Shown here piece after piece: positions 28,719-38,647 of a stretch of DNA of 64,000 nt (its first letter is position 1; each line of letters starts with the position of its first letter). Below the pieces are notes generated by a model. It saw only the letters and a program-made list of their open reading frames with translations. It ran no database searches and had not been told where the DNA came from. The stretch lies in NCBI GenBank assembly GCA_036278915.1, contig DASUKB010000001.1:91892-155891 (forward strand), written 5' to 3'. A program made the translations under genes and the position numbers. The stretch is from Patescibacteria group bacterium (GTDB lineage: Bacteria; Patescibacteriota; Doudnabacteria; UBA920; O2-02-FULL-48-8).

Positions 28719-30400
28719 AATTTCAAAATCTCAAGGCGCTGCTGCTCTTTATTGTGTTGGTTGTGGCGTTCACATGGCCGCTTACTCCGCATATGGCCAC
28801 GCATTACCCATCCACGCTTTGGTACGAAGGCGGTGACCCCAACCTCTACATCTCTGTAATGAATCTTGTCGCGCAAAAAGCGGCTAATTGGCATTTCCAC
28901 CCCAGCCAAATGATTTATTACCCGGCCGGTATGAATTTTTTGGCCGGGTATGAGGCGCCGCTGATCTTTGTCGTGAGCACGCCTGTAATTCTGGTTTCTC
29001 ATAATCCGATATTGGCTTATAACATCATCCTCCTGCTGGCGTTTGTGCTGACCTGTTATGCGGCTTACGCTTTGATCCGGTATCTTACGAAATCGTACTT
29101 TGCGGCGTTGATTGCGGGCGGAAGTTTTGGACTTTCGCCGTATATGATGGTCCGTGGTACGCAGCATCTCGATTTGCTCCTGTTGTTTTGCGTGCCGTTT
29201 TCCATACTGCTTGGTTTTAAATTTGTCGAAAATCCGAACTGCCGCAATGCTATCCTGCTGGCGCTGTCCGTGCTCATTGCATCGCTTACGGCCTGGTATT
29301 ATCTGCTGGGGATCCTGATTTTCCTGGGGTTGCTGTTTCTTTTTAATATTCGCAAAGCCGAGCCTTACAAAAAACAATATTTATTCGCCATGATTTTGGT
29401 TTTTTTTGCCGTAGCTATTCCGGCCTTGCCAATGTTTATATACCGGAATCCGGATTCGTTTAAATACGTAAGTTATTTGGTGGATACGCGCGGCGCTGAC
29501 CCTTTGAATTTTTTTATACCACATCCATATATGCAGCCGTGGACTGGAAATATTTACAATTATTTTATCTCGCCATATGAAGCCACAAGTTATTATGGAA
29601 TTATCGGGATAATCGCGATTTTGGTGCTGGTGCTTATGCGCCGCCGAATTGTAATTCCATACCGGAGGTTATGGATCACCACGATTATTTTGTTTATCGT
29701 CATTGCCATGGGTAATTATTTTTCAGCGTTTCATCATCAGATTAAGCTGCCGTTTTATTATCTGAGCCGGTTTTTGCCCTTTGATCGTTTGCGCGCCCCA
29801 AACAGATTCTTTATATTTTCTTACCTCGGAGTTACGGTTGTATTTGGGTACTTCCTGGCATATATGCGGAATTGGTTCCAAAAGATCAGCGGGCTTGCCA
29901 TGTTTACTATTCCGCTGCTTGCATTGCTTTGTGCGGAGCGGATGATCATTCCGTATCCTGTCATACAGCTTTCAGTGCCTAAATTCTACATGGACATTGG
30001 CCAGGATAATTCCAATTATGCCATCGCTGACATACCATTCGTGGATCCAGGATTGAGTATTTATAATTTTTACCAAATCTACCACAAAAAGCCGATTGCC
30101 GACGGAGAATATTTTTGGACGGCATACAATTACGATACGTTTGATTTTGCGCGCAGCAACGCACTGCTCGTCAATTCGGTCCCGACCTTAAACGATATCC
30201 GCCCGCCCGCACCAGTGGACGCGAAGCTTGCGCTCAAGCAGCTGGCGTACGCCAATATCAAGTACGTCGTCGTGCACAATCTCATACTCCATGCGGATAA
30301 AGACGAGGCACTCACGGCTTTTATCCATAATTTTTTCCGAGACCAAAAATCAGTCTACGCCGACGGGGCGATTACAGTTTATTCCACCAGTCCAGAATAA
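28715..30400 (+). CDS. Large polytopic membrane protein, putative GT-C-fold glycosyltransferase (YfhO/ArnT-like)
   Basis: 561 aa with more than 10 TM helices. Operonic with nfo and the GT2 fusion. No specific family can be recognised from the sequence alone. Confidence 0.4.
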   Translation: MKFQNLKALLLFIVLVVAFTWPLTPHMATHYPSTLWYEGGDPNLYISVMNLVAQKAANWHFHPSQMIYYPAGMNFLAGYEAPLIFVVSTPVILVSHNPILAYNIILLLAFVLTCYAAYALIRYLTKSYFAALIAGGSFGLSPYMMVRGTQHLDLLLLFCVPFSILLGFKFVENPNCRNAILLALSVLIASLTAWYYLLGILIFLGLLFLFNIRKAEPYKKQYLFAMILVFFAVAIPALPMFIYRNPDSFKYVSYLVDTRGADPLNFFIPHPYMQPWTGNIYNYFISPYEATSYYGIIGIIAILVLVLMRRRIVIPYRRLWITTIILFIVIAMGNYFSAFHHQIKLPFYYLSRFLPFDRLRAPNRFFIFSYLGVTVVFGYFLAYMRNWFQKISGLAMFTIPLLALLCAERMIIPYPVIQLSVPKFYMDIGQDNSNYAIADIPFVDPGLSIYNFYQIYHKKPIADGEYFWTAYNYDTFDFARSNALLVNSVPTLNDIRPPAPVDAKLALKQLAYANIKYVVVHNLILHADKDEALTAFIHNFFRDQKSVYADGAITVYSTSPE

Positions 30401-30443
30401 GCTATTGCGTGATTAATGCTTTGGCTTTACACTTAATATATAT

Positions 30444-31451
30444 ATGAAGGACGAGAAAATAGTCAACATCTCCACCATTACCGTGCTGAAAGTGCTGTTT
30501 ATCGTGCTTTTGGTGTGGTTTTTGTTTGCCATCCGCGAGATCCTATTGCTATTTATTATCGCTATCATTATCTCCGCGGCCATGGATCCGATCGCCGATT
30601 ATTTCAGCAAATGGAAAATTCCCCGTGGAATCTCCGTGCTTTTGGTTTATGTTTTGCTCCTAAGTTTGATCGGACTCATCGGTTATCTGCTAGTGCCGAC
30701 TATGGTGGACCAGTTTCAGGCTGTACAGTCTGGAAACTTCGTGAGCGCAATCCAATCCAAAATTGGCCCTTACCAGCAGACGCTGGACCGTTTCGGCGTA
30801 TCCAAGAGCTTCAACGATACCATAAATGAATTTCGCTCGGGTCTTGCCGGCAATCTCTTCCGCACCACCAAAGGCGTGGTTACGGGTATTGTCTCGTTCA
30901 TTACAATCCTTGTGATTTCTTTTTACCTCACGGCCGAAGAGGCGGGCATGAAAAATTTTATCCGGCATTTGGCGCCATACAAACACCAGACCTACATCAC
31001 GGGCTTGGTTACAAAAATTCAGCGCAAAATGGGTTATTGGCTTCTGGGACAGCTGATTTTATCCGTAGTGATTTTTGGCATTGTCTATATTGGCCTGACA
31101 GTACTTCATGTCCAGTACGCGCTGCTTTTGGCGCTCATTGCCGGAGTATTGGAAATTATCCCATACATAGGTCCGTTTATCGCGGGAGCGGTTACGGCAT
31201 TCTTTGCTTTTTTGCAAAGCCCTGGTCTGGCGCTGGCCGCAGTAATATTTTTTATAATTGTCCAGGAATTGGAAGGTCATGTGCTGGTGCCAGTCATTAT
31301 GAGCAAAAGCGTAGGTCTGAATCCGGTCATGGTCATTTTGGCAATTCTCATCGGCGGCTCTTTGGGTGGAATCACAGGCGCACTCATTGCTGTGCCGATT
31401 GCCTCTGGCGTTTCTGTTTTCGTGACGGACATCATGGAACAATACACTTAG
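30444..31451 (+). CDS. AI-2E family transporter (UPF0118/PerM-like)
   Basis: TM topology and the N-terminal ...LFIIAIIISAAMDP motif typical of PF01594. Confidence 0.7.
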   Translation: MKDEKIVNISTITVLKVLFIVLLVWFLFAIREILLLFIIAIIISAAMDPIADYFSKWKIPRGISVLLVYVLLLSLIGLIGYLLVPTMVDQFQAVQSGNFVSAIQSKIGPYQQTLDRFGVSKSFNDTINEFRSGLAGNLFRTTKGVVTGIVSFITILVISFYLTAEEAGMKNFIRHLAPYKHQTYITGLVTKIQRKMGYWLLGQLILSVVIFGIVYIGLTVLHVQYALLLALIAGVLEIIPYIGPFIAGAVTAFFAFLQSPGLALAAVIFFIIVQELEGHVLVPVIMSKSVGLNPVMVILAILIGGSLGGITGALIAVPIASGVSVFVTDIMEQYT

Positions 31452-31516
31452 ATAAAAAATTCGACCCCGGCTCTGTAAAAGAGTCGGGGTCTTTTCATTC
31501 CTCAAATCGTTAGGCT

Positions 31517-31885
31517 TCAGGCACGTTTGTCACGGATCTGGTCGCCGAGCGGAAACATCGGGGGTTTTGGCTGTTCGGGCTTCTGATCAGTCTCCTGTTT
31601 TCTCACCAGTGTGGGCAGCTCGATCTCAGCGCGCTTGCGGAAGTAATTCCCCAGATAAAAGGCGACACGGTTGCCGAGTTCTCCTTTGCGGTTGATCCGG
31701 ACCTTGACCTGAACCCGGAATGGCCCACTTGTGCGCGGCAGATTCCGAATCTCCAACAGCTGGAGATCGAACCCTTGGGAGCGCAACAGGGATTTGACAT
31801 CATGTTCCGTGACTGGCGCTTCGGGTCTGCTCGTCAGGGAAATGAGGGTAATCGGCAGGATCCTGTCCGGAAAATCGTCTGGCAT
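31517..31885 (-). CDS. Hypothetical protein in a GC-rich insert
   Basis: 122 aa. AAGGAGG SD 8 nt upstream of the ATG (read on the minus strand). Composition looks clearly more GC-rich than the flanks. No family recognised. Confidence 0.4.
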   Translation of the reverse strand: MPDDFPDRILPITLISLTSRPEAPVTEHDVKSLLRSQGFDLQLLEIRNLPRTSGPFRVQVKVRINRKGELGNRVAFYLGNYFRKRAEIELPTLVRKQETDQKPEQPKPPMFPLGDQIRDKRA

Positions 31886-32053
31886 TACGCATGCCTCCTT
31901 GAATGTAGGGTGATTATAACAGATTGGCCGCGTTAGGCAACTGCCAGCAAATTATGGTACAATTATTTGGCTGAAAGGGCTTTTTTATTAAGAAACCTAG
32001 CCGCCTCACCCTCTTATCCCTCTCCTAAAAGGAGAGGGAAGTTCTAAAATTGT

Positions 32054-33490
32054 ATGGATATTGAACGCAAGAAATTTTATATTACAACTCCGATTTATTA
32101 TGTGAACGACAAACCGCACATAGGACACGCCTATACGACTATAGCCGCGGATGTTTTGGCGCGCCTTCACAGAAGTTTGGGCGAAGACGTTTTTTTCCTG
32201 ACCGGGACCGACGAGCATGGAGCCAAAATTGCCGCGTCCGCCGAAAAGGCAGGCAAATCGCCACAGGAATTTGTAGATGAAATCTCAGCGAAATATTCGC
32301 TGACCTGGGACCAGCTGGGTATTGCGCCCGACAAATTTATAAGGACCACCGATCCGGAACATTTGGACGCCGTAAAAGTCTTTTTGGAAAAACTGAAAGC
32401 TTCAGGCAAATTATATGAAGGCGAATACGAAGGCCTATACTGCATCGGTCACGAAGCATTTATCAAGGAATCGGAGCTGGTGAATGGCCTTTGCCCGGAG
32501 CATAAGACCAAACCTGAATTGGTCAAGGAGCAGAATTGGTTTTTTAAACTGTCCGATTACCAAAAAATTCTTGCGGAAAAAATTGAAGATGATGATATAT
32601 TGATCCGGCCGCAAACTCGAAAAAACGAAGTTTTGTCTTTCATACGACAAGGTTTGGAAGATATCGCAATTTCTCGCCCGAACGTAAAGTGGGGGATTCC
32701 TCTTCCCTGGGACGATAAGCAAACTGTCTACGTTTGGGTGGAGGCGTTGTTCAATTACTGCTCGGCCATAGGGTACGTCTCGGATCCCGAACAGTTCCAA
32801 AAATACTGGCCCGCCGACCTGCATATGGTTGGTAAAGAAATAATTAAATTCCATTGCATCATATGGCCGGCTTTACTTCTGGCCATAAAAGAAGAATTGC
32901 CCAAAGCAATTTTTGCAAACGGGTTTTTTACGATCAACGGCGAAAAAATCAGCAAAACAATCGGCAATGTCATAGACCCTACAGATTGGGCAGCCAAATA
33001 CGGCGCGGATGCTGTGCGCTACTTCGTGCTGCGCGAAGTGCCGTTTGGTCAGGATGGCGACGTCAGCGAAGACAAACTCAAGGCTCGCTATAACGGAGAT
33101 TTGGCCAATGGTTTGGGTAATTTGTTTTCGCGCACGACAAACATGATAGAGAAATATCTGGATGGCGATGTTGAGTCTTTGCAGAAGTCGCCGAAAGATC
33201 TGAATGATGCCTGGGAGGCATTCAATTCGCTGAATTTTTCCGAAGGCTTGGCCAGAATTTGGGAAGAGATTGCCTGGGCCAACCAGCTTATTGATCGTGC
33301 TAAGCCCTGGGACTTGGCGAAAACTGACCTGGAGAAAGTCAAAGAGTTGCTGGTGAATTTGGCGTCGTTGCTTTATGATATCGCGCAAAAACTGTCGCCG
33401 ATTATGCCGGAGGCTTCAAACAAGATCCGACAGGTCCTGGAGTCCGGCGATATAAAAAAGCCCGAACCGTTGTTTGCAAAAATTGATTAG
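32054..33490 (+). CDS. metG: Methionyl-tRNA synthetase (short form, no C-terminal dimerisation domain)
   Basis: HIGH-type motif PHIGHAYTTIAADVLAR, KMSKS-type motif KISKTIGN, and an anticodon-binding helical domain. Confidence 0.9.
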   Translation: MDIERKKFYITTPIYYVNDKPHIGHAYTTIAADVLARLHRSLGEDVFFLTGTDEHGAKIAASAEKAGKSPQEFVDEISAKYSLTWDQLGIAPDKFIRTTDPEHLDAVKVFLEKLKASGKLYEGEYEGLYCIGHEAFIKESELVNGLCPEHKTKPELVKEQNWFFKLSDYQKILAEKIEDDDILIRPQTRKNEVLSFIRQGLEDIAISRPNVKWGIPLPWDDKQTVYVWVEALFNYCSAIGYVSDPEQFQKYWPADLHMVGKEIIKFHCIIWPALLLAIKEELPKAIFANGFFTINGEKISKTIGNVIDPTDWAAKYGADAVRYFVLREVPFGQDGDVSEDKLKARYNGDLANGLGNLFSRTTNMIEKYLDGDVESLQKSPKDLNDAWEAFNSLNFSEGLARIWEEIAWANQLIDRAKPWDLAKTDLEKVKELLVNLASLLYDIAQKLSPIMPEASNKIRQVLESGDIKKPEPLFAKID

Positions 33491-33519
33491 ACAATCGGGT
33501 CCTGCCACGTTCGTATAGG

Positions 33520-33627
33520 GCTCGGGTCAGCATTTTTTCTCGGACACGTCCGCCTTGGCGGCGGATTAAAGTGCTCGACATTGGAAAGTCTCGCACGTTG
33601 TCCTCGAAAAATATGCCGACCCTCGCT
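33520..33627 (+). repeat. Conserved ~105-nt structured intergenic element, copy 1 (upstream of tatD)
   Basis: About 80-85% identical over ~105 nt to 43046-43148 and 51765-51872. Shared core TAAAGTGCTCGACATTGGAAGGTCTCGCACGTTGTCCTC. T6/A6 outer arms. An inner hairpin varies between copies with compensatory changes. Confidence 0.6.
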
Positions 33628-33640
33628 AATTAAATTTTTT

Positions 33641-34396
33641 ATGCTATTTGATACCCATACACATGTAAATTTTCCGGAATTTGACGCGGATCGAGAGGAA
33701 ATTTTAACGAAAGCTCAAGCGGGCGGACTTTGGATCACCAACGTCGGCTGTGATTTTGCATCGTCCAAATCTGCGGTAGAACTTGCTGCAAAATTTGAAA
33801 AAGGAGTCCTTGCCACTGTTGGCCAGCATCCGACTGATTCCAAAGAAGAATTTGATGAAGAAAAGTACGCTCAACTTATCACACCCAAAGTTGTGGCAGT
33901 AGGCGAGTGCGGACTGGATTATTACCATGAGAAGCAGGAAGAAGGAATCCGCAAGCAAAAATCAGAATTCGTAAAGCAAATCCATTTTGCGCAAAAATTG
34001 AACTTGCCGCTCGTGATCCATTGTCGTGAGGCCTACGGTGATTTGATTGAGATTATGAAATCCGAATATAATGGTCTGGCAATTATTCATTCATTTACGG
34101 ATTCCTGGGACACAGCCAAAAAGTTTTTGGACATGGGTTACTATATTGCTCTAAACGCGATTTTGATATTTGATAAAACGGGGAAATTGCCGGAAGTGGC
34201 AAAGCTTGCGCCTTCTGATAGAATACTTATAGAAACCGACGCGCCATTTTTGTCCCCCGTGCGCGGCAGAAGGAACGAACCAAGTAATGTAGTTAAGGTT
34301 GCAGAAAAAATCGCCGAATTGCGAGGAGAAAGCTTGGAACAGGTTTCGGAATATACATTCAATAATGCGTTGAAGATTTATGGCCTACGATCATAA
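33641..34396 (+). CDS. tatD: TatD-family metal-dependent DNase/hydrolase
   Basis: MLFDTHTHVNF...ECGLDYY...HCR...ETDAPF. The ORF-track start at 33581 overlaps the repeat element; the ATG at 33641 is preferred. Confidence 0.85.
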   Translation: MLFDTHTHVNFPEFDADREEILTKAQAGGLWITNVGCDFASSKSAVELAAKFEKGVLATVGQHPTDSKEEFDEEKYAQLITPKVVAVGECGLDYYHEKQEEGIRKQKSEFVKQIHFAQKLNLPLVIHCREAYGDLIEIMKSEYNGLAIIHSFTDSWDTAKKFLDMGYYIALNAILIFDKTGKLPEVAKLAPSDRILIETDAPFLSPVRGRRNEPSNVVKVAEKIAELRGESLEQVSEYTFNNALKIYGLRS

Positions 34397-36800
34397 AGAA
34401 ATAGAAAGCAAATGGCAGGGAGCTTGGGATAAAGCAGCGAATTTTTCCCAGGACTTTTCGGATAAGCCCAAAAAATACATTTTAGTAGAATTTCCGTATC
34501 CGTCCGGGGCAGGATTGCATATGGGTCACTTGCGTTCATATGTGGCAGCGGATGTCATTTCGCGTTTTCTGCGCGCGGGCGGGTCCAACGTTATGTTTCC
34601 AATCGGCTGGGATGCGTTTGGCCTCCCGGCAGAAAATTACGCTATCAAAATGGGAGTCAAACCACAGGCATCTATTGCGGAGAATATTGGAAATTTTCGG
34701 AAACAGCTGGACGCGTTGGGTTTAAGTTTTGACTGGTCACGAGAAGTAAACACCACTGACCCCGATTATTACAAATGGACCCAGTGGATCTTTTTGCAGT
34801 TCTTCAAAGCTGGTTTAGCTTACGAAGCCACTGGGTTTATCAACTGGTGTCCCAAAGACAAAACCGGCTTGGCCAATGAGGAAGTCATAGACGGCCGGTG
34901 CGAGCGCTGCGGTACGCTGGTGGAAAAAAAGGAACTGCGCCAGTGGTATCTTAAAATCACCGCATATGCAGACAAACTGCTTGACGGGCTTAAAGATCTG
35001 GACTGGCCAGACGCGGTAAAACTCCAGCAGCAAAATTGGATTGGTAAATCTGAGGGGGCCGAAATTGATTTTAAATTGGTCTTTAAGAAAAACCCCGGCG
35101 ACAATTCTTGGGTCGATAAGGACGGAAATCCTGCTCACATAAGCGTATTCACCACGAGACCCGATACAATTTTTGGCGCAACTTATTTGGTGCTGGCACC
35201 CGAGCATCCGTGGGTTCGGCTGGCCACAGATGCGGATCACGATGCGCTCCTCAACAGAAAAAAAGTTTTGGATTTTATCGAAAGCGTCAGAAATAAACCT
35301 GAAATGGAGCGTATAGCGCAAGATCGTGAAAAATCCGGCGTGGAGCTGGAAGGGGTTACAGCTATCAATCCTGCCACAGGCAAGGAAATATCGGTTTGGA
35401 TTGCCGACTACGTCTTGGCAAATTACGGCACGGGCGCGGTCATGGCTGTGCCGGCGCATGACGAGCGTGATTTCTCATTCGCCAAAAAATACAATCTGGG
35501 AATAATCAAAGTCATAAAGCCCGACCATGAGATAGACGAGTGCTACAGCGGAGAAGGAATGCTCATCGATTCGGGTGAATTTACATCCATAAGTTCGTCC
35601 ACGGCCAAATCTGAGATGGCGGCAAAATTTGGACGGGTAAAAGTTTTCTACAAACTACGAGATTGGGTATTCTCGCGCCAGCGCTACTGGGGCGAGCCGA
35701 TTCCGCTCATTCACTGCAAGCAATGCGGCATTGTGCCCGTGCCCGACAATCAATTGCCTGTTAAATTGCCTGACGTCGATAAATACGAGCCCACCGGAAC
35801 TGGTGAGTCGCCGCTTGCATCTATTGCTGATTGGGTAAATATAAAGTGTCCGAAATGCGGGGGAGAGGCTAAACGCGAGACCAACACCATGCCCCAATGG
35901 GCGGGCAGTTCTTGGTATTGGCTGCGTTATACCGATCCCAAAGATGCCGAGCAGTTTGCGGCTAAGAAAAACCAGGAGTACTGGACCCCAGTGGACACAT
36001 ACTTCGGCGGCATGGAGCACACGACTTTGCACTTGCTGTATGCGCGTTTTTGGAATAGATTTTTATTTGACCAGGGATTTGTAAGCGCTCCCGAGCCATT
36101 TCTTAGACGCATTCCGCACGGCATCGTGCTGGCATCAGACGGCGAGAAAATGAGCAAGTCGCGCGGCAATGTCGTAAATCCCGACGATCTGATATCAAAA
36201 TTTGGCGCGGATGCCACGCGCATGTACGAAATGTTCCTTGGACCGCACGAACTTTCTGTGTCGTGGAATGAGCGGGGCATCGTGGGCGTCAAAAGATTTT
36301 TGGACAAAATCTACCGTTTCGGAGAATCCGGCGAGTTCGGCGCGGATAATGCCAAGATCCATAAATTGGTCCAAAAAATTACATCCGACATAGAGCATAT
36401 TAAATTCAATACCGCGGTGGCCGCGTTTATGGAATTTTTCAATGACTTTGGCACTATGAGCCGCGCTGATTGGGAAAAGTTTCTGAAACTTTTGTCGCCC
36501 TTCGCACCTTATATTACCGAAGAGCTCTGGCACATGCTGGGCCACACGGATTCTGTGCACACGCAACCTTGGCCGCAATACGACGAAAGCTTGATCAAGG
36601 ACGAAACAGTGGAAATCGTGATTTCGGTTAATGGCAAGAAGAGGGGAACTATAAGGCTTCCTGCGGGTCTGGAAGGCAATGACTTGAAGCAAGCCGTAGA
36701 CAGCTCGGAGCTTTACGCAAAGCTTGGTTTAAAGGATAAGAAAAAAGAAAAAATTATCACGGTTCCAGACAAATTAGTTAACTTTGTGATCAAAGAATGA
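34380..36800 (+). CDS. leuS: Leucyl-tRNA synthetase
   Basis: 806 aa. HMGH (HIGH) at PYPSGAGLHMGHL and KMSKS at EKMSKSRGN. Overlaps the tatD stop. Confidence 0.95.
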   Translation: MAYDHKEIESKWQGAWDKAANFSQDFSDKPKKYILVEFPYPSGAGLHMGHLRSYVAADVISRFLRAGGSNVMFPIGWDAFGLPAENYAIKMGVKPQASIAENIGNFRKQLDALGLSFDWSREVNTTDPDYYKWTQWIFLQFFKAGLAYEATGFINWCPKDKTGLANEEVIDGRCERCGTLVEKKELRQWYLKITAYADKLLDGLKDLDWPDAVKLQQQNWIGKSEGAEIDFKLVFKKNPGDNSWVDKDGNPAHISVFTTRPDTIFGATYLVLAPEHPWVRLATDADHDALLNRKKVLDFIESVRNKPEMERIAQDREKSGVELEGVTAINPATGKEISVWIADYVLANYGTGAVMAVPAHDERDFSFAKKYNLGIIKVIKPDHEIDECYSGEGMLIDSGEFTSISSSTAKSEMAAKFGRVKVFYKLRDWVFSRQRYWGEPIPLIHCKQCGIVPVPDNQLPVKLPDVDKYEPTGTGESPLASIADWVNIKCPKCGGEAKRETNTMPQWAGSSWYWLRYTDPKDAEQFAAKKNQEYWTPVDTYFGGMEHTTLHLLYARFWNRFLFDQGFVSAPEPFLRRIPHGIVLASDGEKMSKSRGNVVNPDDLISKFGADATRMYEMFLGPHELSVSWNERGIVGVKRFLDKIYRFGESGEFGADNAKIHKLVQKITSDIEHIKFNTAVAAFMEFFNDFGTMSRADWEKFLKLLSPFAPYITEELWHMLGHTDSVHTQPWPQYDESLIKDETVEIVISVNGKKRGTIRLPAGLEGNDLKQAVDSSELYAKLGLKDKKKEKIITVPDKLVNFVIKE

Positions 36801-37399
36801 AATCAGGACTCAGACAAGCTCTTGAGGTTCTCAAATCGGGCGGTGTGGTGGTTTGTCCCACTGACACCGCTTATGGTATGGCGGTGGATGCCACCAATCC
36901 TTCTGCCGTCAAAAAATTATACCAACTCAAAGGCCGCGATTTCAAAAAACCCATTCATGTGATTCCTCCTACTAAGGCCTGGGTGGAAAAGTTGGTTAAA
37001 TTAAATTCTCCAGCCAAACTTCTTATCGACGAGTTAATGCCGGGTCCGATTACTCTCGTGCTGCCGCTAAAAGCCAAGGGAGAAGTTTATAAATTGTTAT
37101 CCGCCGGAACAAAGTCCTTGGGAATTCGCAGGCCAAAAAATAAAATAGCTTTAGATCTTGCCATGCTTTGCGGCAAGCCCATAACCGCCACTTCGGCCAA
37201 TGTTTCGGGTCAGCCAAATTGCTATTCGGTAGCACAAGTAAAGAAACAATTTGGGAAAAAGGCTTCAGAATTATATTTTTTGGATGCCGGGAAGCTTCCA
37301 AAAGTTGCTCCATCCACAGTTGTGGCAATCCGCGGTAAAAATGTTACAATACTCAGAGAAGGTCCAGTGTCCAAAGCGGCGATAATGAAAGCAATATGA
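36797..37399 (+). CDS. tsaC: L-threonylcarbamoyladenylate synthase (YrdC/Sua5 family)
   Basis: VVVCPTDTAYGMAVDATNPSAV is the YrdC fold core. 200 aa. Confidence 0.8.
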   Translation: MKSGLRQALEVLKSGGVVVCPTDTAYGMAVDATNPSAVKKLYQLKGRDFKKPIHVIPPTKAWVEKLVKLNSPAKLLIDELMPGPITLVLPLKAKGEVYKLLSAGTKSLGIRRPKNKIALDLAMLCGKPITATSANVSGQPNCYSVAQVKKQFGKKASELYFLDAGKLPKVAPSTVVAIRGKNVTILREGPVSKAAIMKAI

Positions 37400-38631
37400 G
37401 TTTAAAATCAAATGACCCCGAAATATATGATTTGATCGGCAAGGAACGGAAGCGCCAGGCCGATTGTTTGGAATTGATAGCATCCGAAAACTACGCCTCC
37501 GAGGAAGTTTTGGAAGCTCTGGGGTCAATCCTCAACAACAAATATGCCGAAGGCTACGCCGGCCGCAGGTATTATGCTGGCAACGAAATCATAGACCAGG
37601 TAGAGCGCCTGGCTATAGATCGCACGAAAGAAACATTTCGCCTGCCGGAGAACTGGCACGTGAATGTACAGCCCTACTCGGGCAGTCCTATGAATTTGGA
37701 AGTTTATTTTGCCTTACTTGAACCTGGTGCCACCGTGCTTTCGCTGGATCTAGCCCACGGCGGACATCTTACCCATGGTTCACGGGTAAATGCGTCGGGT
37801 AGGACATACAACTTTGTACATTACGGCGTAGATGCCAAAACCGAGCGGCTGGACTACACAGAAATTCTCAAAATCGCGGACAAGGTTAAACCCAAACTTA
37901 TAGTCTCGGGCTTTACTGCTTATCCGCGCGAAATTGACTTCAAAAAATTCCATGAAATCGCGGAAAAAGTCAATGCTGTTTCCATGGCCGACATTTCGCA
38001 CATCGCGGGTTTGGTCGCGGCAGGAGTGCACCAGTCACCGATTCCTTTTTTTGACGTCGTCACGACAACAACTCACAAAACTTTGCGCGGCCCCAGAGGT
38101 GGCATCATAATGTGCAAAGACAAGTTTGCCACGACCATAGACAAAGCTGTATTTCCGGGCATGCAGGGTGGTCCGCACGAAAACGCCATTGCTGGCATTG
38201 CGGTGGCTCTGAAGGAAGCCAATACGCCCGCGTTTCGCAAGTACGCTGAACAGATCGTAAAAAATTGCAAAGCGCTGGCTAAATCCTTGCAGGACTTCGG
38301 GTTCCGCGTGGTCTCCGGCGGCACGGACAATCATCTTATGCTTGTGGATTTGACCAACAAAAACATCGGCGGCAAAGATGCGCAAAACCTTTTGGAATCC
38401 GCAGGTATAGTGCTCAACCGCAACATGGTCCCGTTTGACAAACGCAGCCCTATGGATCCATCCGGCCTGCGCATCGGCACCGCGGCCGTCACCAGCCGCG
38501 GTATGAAAGAAAAAGAAATGAGCAAAATCGCGTCTTGGATTGCAGCTGTAATTACCGACCAGACGGTTGCACCGCAAGTGAAAGAGGAAATCAAAAGATT
38601 TACCAAAAATTTCCCAGCTCCGGGAATTTGA
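37396..38631 (+). CDS. glyA: Serine hydroxymethyltransferase
   Basis: VQPYSGSPMNLEVYFAL and TTTTHKTLRGPRGG, with the PLP lysine in THKTLRG. Confidence 0.95.
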   Translation: MSLKSNDPEIYDLIGKERKRQADCLELIASENYASEEVLEALGSILNNKYAEGYAGRRYYAGNEIIDQVERLAIDRTKETFRLPENWHVNVQPYSGSPMNLEVYFALLEPGATVLSLDLAHGGHLTHGSRVNASGRTYNFVHYGVDAKTERLDYTEILKIADKVKPKLIVSGFTAYPREIDFKKFHEIAEKVNAVSMADISHIAGLVAAGVHQSPIPFFDVVTTTTHKTLRGPRGGIIMCKDKFATTIDKAVFPGMQGGPHENAIAGIAVALKEANTPAFRKYAEQIVKNCKALAKSLQDFGFRVVSGGTDNHLMLVDLTNKNIGGKDAQNLLESAGIVLNRNMVPFDKRSPMDPSGLRIGTAAVTSRGMKEKEMSKIASWIAAVITDQTVAPQVKEEIKRFTKNFPAPGI

Positions 38632-38647
38632 GGTTATATTTAAAATT

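Noticed and set aside
33581-33640. Upstream extension of tatD (start at 33581)
   Set aside because: The extension would be encoded by the conserved ~105-nt repeat element, which has non-coding copies elsewhere. The MLFDTHTHVNF start at 33641 matches the canonical TatD N-terminus.
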